Positions 46,741 to 55,700 of a stretch of 64,000 bases of DNA are shown here, one piece after another (positions within the stretch are counted from its first letter, which is position 1; each line of letters starts with the position of its first letter). Origin of the DNA: an uncultured Gemmatimonadaceae bacterium (GTDB lineage: Bacteria; Gemmatimonadota; Gemmatimonadetes; Gemmatimonadales; Gemmatimonadaceae); the NCBI GenBank assembly GCA_963761305.1, contig CAVXGK010000002.1:1248001-1312000 (forward strand), given 5' to 3'. A program made the position numbers and the translations under genes. The notes under the pieces were generated by a model, which saw only the letters and a list, made by a program, of their open reading frames with translations, did not search any database and was not told where the DNA came from.

Positions 46741-47520
46741 CTACGCTAGCAGCAGGAACGCGTCGTAGAGCGCGTGCGTCCACGCGGTAATGCCGAACCC
46801 GCGCAGCAGATAGAGGCCGCTGAAGGCGAGGCCGCTCAACGCGCGGAACACGAACGACTGCAGCTCGAGCTTGTCGCCGTACGGGCCGATGTAGTGGAAC
46901 GCCGAGAAGATCAGCGCGCCCGAGACGGCCGCGATGACGCCCGACGCACGCGCGCCGAGGCCGAGGAGAATGCGCGCGCCGGCGGCGATGCCGGTCACGA
47001 GCAGCACACGGAAGAAGAGCTCCTCGTAGAGACCCGCGCCGAGCGAGAGCATCAGGCGCGTCGGCCAGGTCGTTTGATCGATCGGGCCGAGGCTGAGCGC
47101 GTGGAGCGAACCAAGCAGCTTCGCCGTGGTGACGCCGACGACAATGCCGAACACGCTGGCGAGGAGGATCGATTCGCCGAGCATGCCGGCGAACACGCTC
47201 GGCCGGAGCGGGTCGCGATTGCGTCGCATGTCGCGCAGCACGAGGGCGATGCCGATCAGGACGATCACGGCGATGAACACCAGCGACCCGCGGCGTCCGG
47301 CGATGGCGGTGAACGCCGCGCGCAATAGCGCGTCAGCCCCGTTGCGCAGCTCGGGCTTGCCCGGCCGCGACAGGGCGGCGGCGAGCACCTCGTACCCGAG
47401 GAGCAGCGGGAGCGCGAAGAGGATGCTGTACCGATGCGCCCGGCTGACCTTGAAGTACGACCATCGGCGCGTGGAGGCGCGCCCGGCAGGCTTCGAGCGC
47501 GCGAGAGTCGCGGTGTTCAT
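46741..47520 (-). CDS. CPBP (CAAX protease/Abi) family intramembrane glutamic endopeptidase
   Basis: EELFFR, FSAFH, HALYD motifs; multiple TM helices. Confidence 0.9.
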   Translation of the reverse strand: MNTATLARSKPAGRASTRRWSYFKVSRAHRYSILFALPLLLGYEVLAAALSRPGKPELRNGADALLRAAFTAIAGRRGSLVFIAVIVLIGIALVLRDMRRNRDPLRPSVFAGMLGESILLASVFGIVVGVTTAKLLGSLHALSLGPIDQTTWPTRLMLSLGAGLYEELFFRVLLVTGIAAGARILLGLGARASGVIAAVSGALIFSAFHYIGPYGDKLELQSFVFRALSGLAFSGLYLLRGFGITAWTHALYDAFLLLA

Positions 47521-47552
47521 GCGGTCATTCTACGCGCGAAGGGGTGGCGAAG

Positions 47553-47581
47553 TTGCGGAACGGCGATCCATTCACTAGGGT
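47553..47581 (+). promoter_or_regulatory. Candidate sigma70 promoter of a stand-alone small transcript
   Basis: TTGCGG-N17-TAGGGT. Confidence 0.5.
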
Positions 47582-47587
47582 ACGATA

Positions 47588-47785
47588 ATCGTCGCGCTTC
47601 GGCGACGCACGCGACACGTTCACCCGAAATCCGAGGAGGTGATCCATTGTCTAGCGGAACTCGTAACGGCAGGATCGCCGGAAATCGCTGAGCGATTGAG
47701 TCAGCTCGGCCGCCGGAAGCCTGCTAGTTCCGGTGAATTGAGAAATAGCGGGGCCACCGTGGAGACACGGTGGCCCTTGCTTTTC
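47588..47785 (+). ncRNA. Candidate structured small RNA, possibly encoding a 14-aa peptide (47647-47691)
   Basis: Own promoter and terminator, no long ORF, several nested stems, AGGAGGTGATCCA at 47634-47646. Confidence 0.5.
47751..47785 (+). terminator. Intrinsic terminator
   Basis: GGGCCACCGTG-GAGA-CACGGTGGCCC followed by TTGCTTTTC. Confidence 0.85.
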
Positions 47786-48058
47786 TGGTGACGCGACAAG
47801 TGGGTTGGCCGGCCACTCCGGGTTCGATGTCGCGAGCCACGTACGGCCCGCGCTCGACGACGGTGGCTGCCATCCGACGCCAGACGTCAGACCTGGCATT
47901 TTCGCGGCGAGGACCTGTCTTGGCGTGGTGAATCACACCGCGTCACGCCGAAACGGATGTCTGAGGTCAGCTGTCGGCTCCCGATTTCGAGCACGCAGCC
48001 GTACCACGCCCGCCAAGACAGACCTCAGAGTGGCCGCGATCCAAACGCCGTCAGCTGT

Positions 48059-48568
48059 TCAAGCGCCCGTACTTCCAAATCCTCCGACGCGATCGGTCGT
48101 CACGCTCACGCTCCCGGCTTCGATTGCCAGCACCTCGAACCTCGCCAGCACCATCTGTGCAATCCGCTCTCCGTGATCGATCCGAACCGGCGCCGTCGTC
48201 GGATTCTTCACCAGCACCATCCACTCGTCGGGGAAATCGGAGTCGATCGTGCCCGGCGCATTGGGAATCGCCAGCCCTTTCTTGAACGTCGTCCCGCTGC
48301 GCGGGCGGATCTGCGCCTCGACACCCATCGGCAGGCGCGCCTTGAAGCCGAGTGGCACGAGCGCGGTCACACCGGGGGCAAGCGTGAACGATTCGACGGC
48401 GTGCACCGCGTCTTCCGTCCACGTGCGCTGCCCGTCGGAGCACTTGATCGACCGTGTGCGCACGTAGGCGCAGAGGTCGTAGCCGGCGGAGCCCTCCGTC
48501 GCGCGGCGCGGCGCGCGGGCGTCGTCGTGCAACAGTTCGACGGTGAGCGATTCCACGATGATCGTCAT
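48059..48568 (-). CDS. dut: dUTP diphosphatase
   Basis: SAGYDL, QIRPRSG, PGTIDSDF, ERIAQ, DRVGGFGSTG; start at ATG 48568. Confidence 0.94.
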   Translation of the reverse strand: MTIIVESLTVELLHDDARAPRRATEGSAGYDLCAYVRTRSIKCSDGQRTWTEDAVHAVESFTLAPGVTALVPLGFKARLPMGVEAQIRPRSGTTFKKGLAIPNAPGTIDSDFPDEWMVLVKNPTTAPVRIDHGERIAQMVLARFEVLAIEAGSVSVTTDRVGGFGSTGA

Positions 48569-48628
48569 GCGCGGAATGTAGCTCGCGCGCCCTTGCCGCG
48601 CGGCTGTCTGTCGCGATAGCGTCCCCGC

Positions 48629-51226
48629 ATGCCGACACGCCGACATCTGTACGCCGCGGCGCTCGCGGGCCTCGCCGCCGCGGCGCTCGACCGGGCGAAC
48701 CCGCCCGACTCTCTCATGGGCCCCGGCGTGTCGCGCGAGCTGGCGACCGAGCGCGCGGCGAATCTCGGCGGCGTGCGATATCACATGGAGCTTTCGCTCC
48801 TCTCGCGCGACACGGCGCACGGCTCGATCGCGATCGCGTTCACCGCCAAGCGCGCGAGCGACGTGATCGTCGACTTTCGAGGACCGCGGCTCGCGGGCGT
48901 GCGCGTCAACGGCGGCGCGGCGCAGACGACGTTCAACGGCGCGCATCTTCGGATTCCCGCACGCGCGATTCACGCGGGCCACAACGAAATCACGGCGTCG
49001 TTCGCGGCGCTCATCGCACCCGCCGGGGCCAGCATCATTCGCTTCCACGACGATCGCGCCGACGCCGACTACCTCTACACGTTGTTCGTGCCGTCGGATG
49101 CCAACGCGCTCTTCCCGTGCTTTGATCAGCCTGATCTCAAGGCGAGACTCTCGCTCTCGCTGACCGTGCCGGCCGGTTGGAACGCGTTGGCCAACGGCAT
49201 CACGGAGCACGTGGACTCGACCGGTGGATCGCGGACGTACCGTTTCCGCGAGACCGATCCCCTGCCGACGTACCTGTTCGCCTTCGCGGCCGGGCCCTGG
49301 CACGAGTTCACGGGCGGCCCGCACGACACGCATCTCTGGGTCCGCGCGTCGCGCGCCAAAGAAGTCGAAGTCGACTCGCTTCAGGCGCAGGTCGCGTCCG
49401 CGATCACGTCGCTGCAGACGTATTTCGGCGTGCCGTATCCGTTCCAGCAGTTCCAGTACATGCTCTCACCCGCGTTTCCGTTCGGCGGCATGGAGCACCC
49501 CGGCGTCACGATGTTCAACGAGGAGTCGTTCATCTACCGCGAGCCGCCGACGCTCAACCAGCGCCTCGGCCGCCGCGCGACGATCTACCACGAGGTGGCG
49601 CACCATTGGTTCGGCGACGACGTCACGATGCGCTGGTTCGACGACCTGTGGCTCAAGGAAGGCTTCGCGACGTACATGGCGGCCAAGATGCAGGACATCG
49701 AAGGGCTGCCCAATCCGTGGATGTCGTTCTACCTGCGCAACAAGCCGGCGGCGTACGACGTCGACCAGACGAGCGGCACCACACCGGTGTGGCAGCAACT
49801 CGCCAACCTCGACCAGGCCAAGAGCAACTACGGCGCGATCGTCTACAACAAGGCGCCGGGAATCCTCAAGCAGCTCAACTACCTCGTCGGCGACTCGGCG
49901 TTTCGGATCGGCCTTCACGCTTTTCTCATCACGCACGCGTACGGCAACGCGACGTGGCAGGATCTGCTGGCGTCGATCGGCAAAGCGGCCCACCGGCCAC
50001 TTACGGAGTGGGGACGCCAGTACATCCTCCGCCCGGGGATGCCGGTCACCGAACAAGTGCTCGACACGGAGAATGGAACGATCAAGCGTCTCGCGCTGGT
50101 TCAGCACGCGGCGCAGTCGCTGTCGGGACGCGGCGTGTGGCCCATGCGCACTGAAGTCGTGCTCTGGTCGGCCGGCGCCGAGCCGACGTCGATCCCTGTC
50201 GAGGTCACGGCCGAGACGACCGTCGTCGCGGCGGCGAAGGGCAAGCGCGCTGATTTCGTCTTCGCGAACGCGAACGACCAGGCCTACGGGCTGGTGATGC
50301 TCGACGCGCACAGCTCGCGGTGGCTCCTCGGCCACCTGGGCGAGGTGCGCGATCCGTTTCTGCGCGCGATGCTCTGGGGCGCGCTGTGGGACCTCGTGCG
50401 CGACGCCCGCATCGCGCCGGCGGAGTTCGTCGCGTCGGCGACGCGCGAGCTGCCGAACGAATCCGATGAACAGATCGCCGCCGGCGTGCTCGGACGGCTG
50501 AGCCGCGCGACGTCGGCGTACCTGTCGGACGCGCAAGGCGCATCGAGCACGGCGGCCGTCGAGACCATGCTGCTCGGCGTGGCGTCCGATGGGAAGCGCA
50601 GCTACGGCATCCGCAAGAGTTTCCTCGACACGTACATCTCGGTGGCGACGTCCGCGCCGGCGCTCGCGCGACTGCGCGCGTGGCTCGACAGCGCGTCGAT
50701 CGCCGGCACACCGCTCCGCCAGCCGACGCGCTGGTCGATCGTCACTCATCTCGTCGAGCGTGGAGCATCCGACGGCGACGCGTTGATCAGCGCGGAATCA
50801 CACCGCGACACGACGGTGAACGGCCGCCGCAGCGCGTTCGTCGCCGGCGCCGCGCGACCTAGTGCTGCGATAAAGGCCGACTACTTCCGCCGGTTCTTCC
50901 ACGACTCGACGCTCAACGAGGACTGGGTGACGGCAAGCCTGCGCGCGTTCAACGCGCCCGACCAGGCAGCGAAGACCCTTCCCTACCTCGTGCCCGCGCT
51001 CGACTCGCTCGCCTGGATCCAGAAGAACCGGCGCATCTTTTTCCTCGGCTCGTGGCTCGGCGGCTTCATCGGCGGCCAGCAGTCACCCGAGGCGCTGCAC
51101 AACATCGACGACTTCCTGGCCGGGCACCCGGCGCTGCCCGCAGATCTGCGCCAGAAAATCCTCCAGACGCGCGACGACCTCGAGAGGACCGTGAGGATCC
51201 GAGGGCGGTTCGCCGGTGTGGTGTGA
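48629..51226 (+). CDS. pepN: M1-family aminopeptidase with ERAP1-like C-terminal domain
   Basis: FPCFDQPDLKA, GGMEH, HEVAHHWFG...WLKEGFA, IVYNKA; export-like N-terminus. Confidence 0.92.
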   Translation: MPTRRHLYAAALAGLAAAALDRANPPDSLMGPGVSRELATERAANLGGVRYHMELSLLSRDTAHGSIAIAFTAKRASDVIVDFRGPRLAGVRVNGGAAQTTFNGAHLRIPARAIHAGHNEITASFAALIAPAGASIIRFHDDRADADYLYTLFVPSDANALFPCFDQPDLKARLSLSLTVPAGWNALANGITEHVDSTGGSRTYRFRETDPLPTYLFAFAAGPWHEFTGGPHDTHLWVRASRAKEVEVDSLQAQVASAITSLQTYFGVPYPFQQFQYMLSPAFPFGGMEHPGVTMFNEESFIYREPPTLNQRLGRRATIYHEVAHHWFGDDVTMRWFDDLWLKEGFATYMAAKMQDIEGLPNPWMSFYLRNKPAAYDVDQTSGTTPVWQQLANLDQAKSNYGAIVYNKAPGILKQLNYLVGDSAFRIGLHAFLITHAYGNATWQDLLASIGKAAHRPLTEWGRQYILRPGMPVTEQVLDTENGTIKRLALVQHAAQSLSGRGVWPMRTEVVLWSAGAEPTSIPVEVTAETTVVAAAKGKRADFVFANANDQAYGLVMLDAHSSRWLLGHLGEVRDPFLRAMLWGALWDLVRDARIAPAEFVASATRELPNESDEQIAAGVLGRLSRATSAYLSDAQGASSTAAVETMLLGVASDGKRSYGIRKSFLDTYISVATSAPALARLRAWLDSASIAGTPLRQPTRWSIVTHLVERGASDGDALISAESHRDTTVNGRRSAFVAGAARPSAAIKADYFRRFFHDSTLNEDWVTASLRAFNAPDQAAKTLPYLVPALDSLAWIQKNRRIFFLGSWLGGFIGGQQSPEALHNIDDFLAGHPALPADLRQKILQTRDDLERTVRIRGRFAGVV

Positions 51227-51267
51227 GAATGGCCAGCGGGCCTGATTTGGATCGCTGCGGAGGAAGG

Positions 51268-51410
51268 ACTCTAGCATCAGCGACAGCATCAGCATCAGAG
51301 TCAGCACTTACTGATGCTGCCGGCTGTCGCTGATGCTAGAGTGGTCGATCGCGCAGGGATCGCGATCAGACCACGTATCTGACGTCAGATATCTGATTTC
51401 TGATATCCGA
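51268..51410. repeat. REP-like inverted repeats and heptamer-repeat palindromes between convergent genes
   Basis: Perfect 20-bp IR ACTCTAGCATCAGCGACAGC (51268-51287 / 51323-51342); second hairpin 51341-51374; palindrome TATCTGACGTCAGATA (51376-51391). Confidence 0.8.
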
Positions 51411-52976
51411 CTACTGTAACCCGCCCGGCCTCACCAGCCTCTCGACGCCCGCCAGCAGCGCGTCAACGACGAGCGCCAGGAGTGCCGCGGGGATCGCGCC
51501 GGAGAGGATCATTCGTGTGTCCGACAGCGCGAGGCCGGCGACGATCGGCTCGCCCAGTCCGCCGGCGCCGATGAACGCGGCGAGCGTCGCTGTGCCGACG
51601 TCGATCACGGCGGCCGTGCGAATTCCCGCCATGATGGTCGGTGCGGCGAGCGGGAGTCGGACGTCGCGCAGGATCTGCGTGTCCGTCATCCCGAGCGCGT
51701 GCGCCGACGCAACGGCGGCGGGATCCGCATCTCGCACGCCGGTGAACGTGTTGCGCATGATCGGGTAGAGCGAGTAGAGCACGAGCGCGGCCAGCGCCGG
51801 CACGACGCCGATGCCGAGCAGCGGAATCATGAACGCGATCAGCGCGATGCCCGGCAGCGTTTGCAGTACGCCGACTCCGCGGATCACCGCCTCGGCGTGC
51901 GACGGAAGTCGCTCCAACGCGAGGCCCAGCGGCATGGCGATGAGAATGGCGACGAGCAACGAGAGGGCGACGAGCTCGACATGACGCAGCGCGAGGCGCG
52001 CGATCGTGCCGCGCTGCTCGGCCATGTACGCGAAGAACGACGAACGTCCGCCATCCAATGACTTGGTCGTCGTACTCGTCGGCGCGCCGACGAGTCCCAT
52101 CTGCCCGAGCGCATCCCGCGCGACCGACGCCACCGGCTCCTGAGCGACCTCCACGCGTTCGTTGAGTGCTCGCATCCGCGCGGCGTCGAGCTGACCGCCA
52201 AGCTCCTCGAGCGCCGCGATGGCGCGCGGGTTGGTCGTCGCGAGCCGAGCGCTGACGAGCGGCGCGGCGTCGTACGGCGGGAAGAAATGCCGATCGTCGC
52301 CGAGCACGGTGAGGTTGTATTTCGCGATCAGACCGTCAGTAGAGTAGCCGTCGATCACGTCGACTTGGCCCGCGGCGAGCGCTTGATACTTGATGGCCGG
52401 CCCGAGCGGACGAACGTCGGCAAAATGGAAATCGTACGCATGCTGAAGGCCGACGAGTCCATCGGCGCGGCCGATGAAGTCCGCGGTGAGTCCCGCTCGC
52501 AGCGTTCCCGCGTGGCGAGCGAGATCGCTGAGCGATGTGAGGTGCAGCGAGTCCGCCGTCGCCCGACGGACGGAGATCGCGTAGCCGTTCTCGAATCCGA
52601 GCGGCGCCAGCCACCGAATTCCGAAGCGCCGGCGAAACTCCAACGAGACGCGCCGATACGCGTCACCGGCGTCGCCACTCGGCGCTTCGTGCAGAATCGC
52701 GAGCAGGCCGGTGCCCGTGTACTCCGGATAGACGTCGATCGCGCCCGACTGCAAGGCACCAAACGCGACGTCGGTCGCGCCGAGCCCAGGCCGCCGGTCG
52801 ACGCGCAGTCCGCGTGCCTCGAGAAGCTGTGCGAACATCTCGGCAAGCAGGTACGACTCGCCGAACGGCTTCGACGCCACGACCACCGGCCGATCGGGAG
52901 AACCAGGGCTCGCCGGGCCGCCCTGCGAACCGTGCACGCCGAGCGAGAATATCGCCACGACGAACGCCGCTATCAT
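51411..52976 (-). CDS. Osmoprotectant (glycine betaine/choline) ABC transporter, fused substrate-binding + permease
   Basis: VASKPFGESYLLAEM, DVYPEYTGT, DDRHFFPPY, then permease QTLPGIAL...GMT...AAFIGAGGLG; start at ATG 52976. Confidence 0.92.
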   Translation of the reverse strand: MIAAFVVAIFSLGVHGSQGGPASPGSPDRPVVVASKPFGESYLLAEMFAQLLEARGLRVDRRPGLGATDVAFGALQSGAIDVYPEYTGTGLLAILHEAPSGDAGDAYRRVSLEFRRRFGIRWLAPLGFENGYAISVRRATADSLHLTSLSDLARHAGTLRAGLTADFIGRADGLVGLQHAYDFHFADVRPLGPAIKYQALAAGQVDVIDGYSTDGLIAKYNLTVLGDDRHFFPPYDAAPLVSARLATTNPRAIAALEELGGQLDAARMRALNERVEVAQEPVASVARDALGQMGLVGAPTSTTTKSLDGGRSSFFAYMAEQRGTIARLALRHVELVALSLLVAILIAMPLGLALERLPSHAEAVIRGVGVLQTLPGIALIAFMIPLLGIGVVPALAALVLYSLYPIMRNTFTGVRDADPAAVASAHALGMTDTQILRDVRLPLAAPTIMAGIRTAAVIDVGTATLAAFIGAGGLGEPIVAGLALSDTRMILSGAIPAALLALVVDALLAGVERLVRPGGLQ

Positions 52977-53731
52977 TTCCCGCGCGCCACCGATGCTTCT
53001 TCGGTCACGCGCGACCGCTGCAACAACAGGCGGACGTAGTCGCTCGCGGGATGTGCGATCAGCTCGGCCGGCGGCGCGACCTGCTCGATGCGGCCAGCGC
53101 GTACGACGACGACGATCGTGCCGAGGCGGATCGCCTCGTGGAGATCGTGCGTCACGAAAACCGTGGTCACACCGAGGCGTTCGCGCAGCGCGCCGAACGC
53201 ATCCTGCAGCTCGGCGCGCGTGATCGCGTCGAGCGCGCCGAAGGGCTCGTCGAGGAGCAGTACCGTCGGTTCCGCGGCCAGTGCGCGCGCGATCGCGACA
53301 CGCTGGCGTTGTCCGCCCGAGAGCTCGCGCGGCCACCGCTCGGCGAATCGCGCCGGATCGAGTCCCACCAGCGCGAGGGCGTCGCGGGCGCGCGACGCCA
53401 CGTTCGTCTCACCGCGCAGACGCAGCACGAGCTCGACGTTCCGCTGCACGCGCCAGTGCGGAAGCAATCCGCCGTCCTGCGGGACGTAGCCGATGCGCCG
53501 CCGAAGCACGATGGGGTCGATGCTCGAAGCATCGACCCCATTTATCTGAACGAGCCCTGAGTCGGGCTCCGTCAATCGATTGAAGCAGCGAAGGAGCGTC
53601 GTCTTTCCCGAACCACTCTCGCCGACCAGCGCCACCGCCGCGCCTTGTGGTACGTCGAGCGATACGTCGACGAGCGCGGTGACGTTACCGAATGCCTTGC
53701 TCAGGTGCTCCGCGGCGAGCGCGGAACTCAC
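52973..53731 (-). CDS. Osmoprotectant ABC transporter ATP-binding subunit (no CBS domains)
   Basis: GESGSGKTT, LSGGQRQR, LLLDEPFGALD, FVTHD; GTG 53731 in GTGA overlap. Confidence 0.92.
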   Translation of the reverse strand: MSSALAAEHLSKAFGNVTALVDVSLDVPQGAAVALVGESGSGKTTLLRCFNRLTEPDSGLVQINGVDASSIDPIVLRRRIGYVPQDGGLLPHWRVQRNVELVLRLRGETNVASRARDALALVGLDPARFAERWPRELSGGQRQRVAIARALAAEPTVLLLDEPFGALDAITRAELQDAFGALRERLGVTTVFVTHDLHEAIRLGTIVVVVRAGRIEQVAPPAELIAHPASDYVRLLLQRSRVTEEASVARGK

Positions 53732-54597
53732 TTCGTCTGTGCCGCCGCGTCGTCGCCGTCCTTGCGAGACGCCCACATCGGTTGGGCGACGCACTGGTTG
53801 AAACTCTGTCCGCCGCACGTCGACTTCGCCGATTCCACCACGTGCTGACGCACGATGTCCGGATACCGGTGACACGTCGGCGTGTTGCTCCCGGTGACGC
53901 AGCCGTTGTAACGCAGCAGCGCGTGCCGCCAGGCGTCGTCGGCATCGACGACGATCCTGCTCGTCTTCTCGGTGAGCCAGCCGAGGATCCAGATCCCGTA
54001 TTTCAGGTTCGTCGAATCGGCGCGCAGGTTCGTGCCGAACTTGGACCCGAGGACGGACGTCCAGATCCGCGGCATGATCTGCATGAGACCGACGGCCCCG
54101 ACGTTGGACCGCGCGGTCGACTTGAACTCGTCGTTCTCGGTCATCATCACGCCCAGCACGAGCGCGGGCGGAATCTTCCGCGTGTACGCTTCGCGCACCG
54201 CGACGTCGGCCAGCGACCGCGCGCGATCCGGGTCGACACGACCGGTGCGCACGAGATCCATGGCGAACGAATCGCGATCGTGGAAGAACGCGGGGGAGCT
54301 GAGCGCGGTATTCGTGGGCGAGTCCGCCCACGGAGTACGGGACGCCGGCGTGGCCGCTTTCGTGGAGTCGGCCTGCTTGGTCGAATCCGCGCTGGTGGAA
54401 TCAGAGGATTCCGCAGCGGCCAACAGCGCGCGCGCGACAATTGACCCAGCACTCGTATCGATGTAACGGTGCTCGGCGACCTGCGTGACCAACGGCTCCT
54501 GCGTCGCGGACAGCGGACGGCTGAGCTTGATGCCGATTGCGATCGAAGCGACCAGCCCGCCGGCAATCGCGAGCTGCGGCAAGATGTATTTCTTCAT
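53728..54597 (-). CDS. Lytic transglycosylase (SLT domain) protein
   Basis: N-terminal anchor; LVLGVMMTEN (catalytic Glu), GAVGLMQIMP, NLKYG, ALLRYNG. Confidence 0.88.
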   Translation of the reverse strand: MKKYILPQLAIAGGLVASIAIGIKLSRPLSATQEPLVTQVAEHRYIDTSAGSIVARALLAAAESSDSTSADSTKQADSTKAATPASRTPWADSPTNTALSSPAFFHDRDSFAMDLVRTGRVDPDRARSLADVAVREAYTRKIPPALVLGVMMTENDEFKSTARSNVGAVGLMQIMPRIWTSVLGSKFGTNLRADSTNLKYGIWILGWLTEKTSRIVVDADDAWRHALLRYNGCVTGSNTPTCHRYPDIVRQHVVESAKSTCGGQSFNQCVAQPMWASRKDGDDAAAQTK

Positions 54598-54829
54598 CGG
54601 GCGGATACTGGGCCTCCGAGATCGAGAGGTCGAGGTGGGATACGTGCCGTGGGGGCGAACGCCCGCACCACGCCACGCGCACTTAGTAGTACCACCTAGA
54701 CCGTTCAGGGGTCCCGATTTGCACTACTGCCGCGACCGCTTCAACAACAGCGTGTTCAGCTTTGCTAGCTTAGCGCGAGAACACGGGAAAGGCAACTAAC
54801 TTGCGACTCCGGAAAAGTCCGGTTTCCGC

Positions 54830-55606
54830 ATGCAACATCATCCCATCGATCGGCGGCCACGCACGACGGGTTCGCACCGTCGTCCGTCGCGTCGTGCCCG
54901 CTACACGACGCGCGCGCTGATCCTCGCGACCTTTCTCGCGATCATCGGGCTGATGGTGCGCGCGGCACGCTCCAATCCTCGCGACGCGAGCGTGATCGCC
55001 GAGCGCGAGCTGCGCGTCAACACGCTGCAGCCGGGAGAGCAGGTGCACCGCGTGGTGGCGGTATTCAAGCGGCCCGCGCTCTCCTACTTTCGCGCGACGC
55101 GCGGCCTCCTGGCGCTCACCGACCGTCGCTTGATCTACCTCGGCGTGGAACCACGCGACGTTCTCGCCGCGCCCGATCTGCCGCCCACGTTCGAGCAGCG
55201 CGAGTACCCGCTCGACGCGACGACGCGCGTGTCGTCGGGTCGCACGATGCTCGGCCTCGTGAAGGCGGTCGTGATCACGACGCCGAGCGAGACGATCCAC
55301 CTCGGTGTGCCGTCGGGTGCGGAACGCTCGGCCGACCTGCTGGTGACGGCGATGTCGTCGCGGCATGACCGCGCCGTCGCGCAGGCCGCGGCCCGCGGGA
55401 GCGAGATGCAGGACATCCAGAAGGCGCGGCAGGCCCTCGAGGCACAGCGGCGAAAGGCGAAGTACTACGTCGTTCGCCGAGGCGACGCGCTCGGCGGCAT
55501 CGCGACGATGTGGAACACGACGACGGCGAAGCTGATCGCCTGGAATCGTCTGCCGGGCCCGCGGATCCGCGTCGGCCAGTCGCTGGTGGTCCGTCCGGCG
55601 TTCTGA
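54830..55606 (+). CDS. Membrane-anchored LysM-domain protein
   Basis: N-terminal TM; central GLLALTDRRLIY (PH-like); C-terminal YVVRRGDALGGIA...WNRL...IRVGQSLVV LysM. Confidence 0.87.
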   Translation: MQHHPIDRRPRTTGSHRRPSRRARYTTRALILATFLAIIGLMVRAARSNPRDASVIAERELRVNTLQPGEQVHRVVAVFKRPALSYFRATRGLLALTDRRLIYLGVEPRDVLAAPDLPPTFEQREYPLDATTRVSSGRTMLGLVKAVVITTPSETIHLGVPSGAERSADLLVTAMSSRHDRAVAQAAARGSEMQDIQKARQALEAQRRKAKYYVVRRGDALGGIATMWNTTTAKLIAWNRLPGPRIRVGQSLVVRPAF

Positions 55607-55644
55607 CCGTGCCCGCACCGCGGACGTCGGCTCGCGGACGATGC

Positions 55645-55691
55645 CTTGACAGTCTAAGTATCGGTCCGTATCAATGCTCAGACAGTCTAGG
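55645..55691 (+). promoter_or_regulatory. padR promoter with two repeated operator-like sites
   Basis: TTGACA at 55646 with TATCAA 17 nt downstream; GACAGTCTA repeated at 55648 and 55681, each centred on palindromic GAC-A-GTC. Confidence 0.65.
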
Positions 55692-55700
55692 TAGAGGCTC

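Noticed and set aside
47634..47646. 16S rRNA gene fragment on the minus strand
   Set aside because: The match is limited to 13 nt; flanks do not resemble 16S helix 44/45.
47800..47842. tRNA-like GGGTTCGA T-loop
   Set aside because: No D-arm, anticodon arm or acceptor stem can be built.
48569..49333. N-terminal extension of dut in the ORF track (similar extensions for cheD, cheR, lspA, dksA, ABC genes, atl)
   Set aside because: The extensions overlap neighbouring genes; downstream starts with stop/start overlaps fit family lengths.
51268..51410. CRISPR array (also considered for 61032-61126)
   Set aside because: Inverted and short-period repeats with no repeat-spacer periodicity and no cas genes.
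54598..54829. c-di-AMP (ydaO) or c-di-GMP riboswitch upstream of slt or the LysM gene
   Set aside because: Hairpins are present (CGTGTTC/GAACACG) but I could not match the conserved cores by eye; an Rfam scan would settle it.
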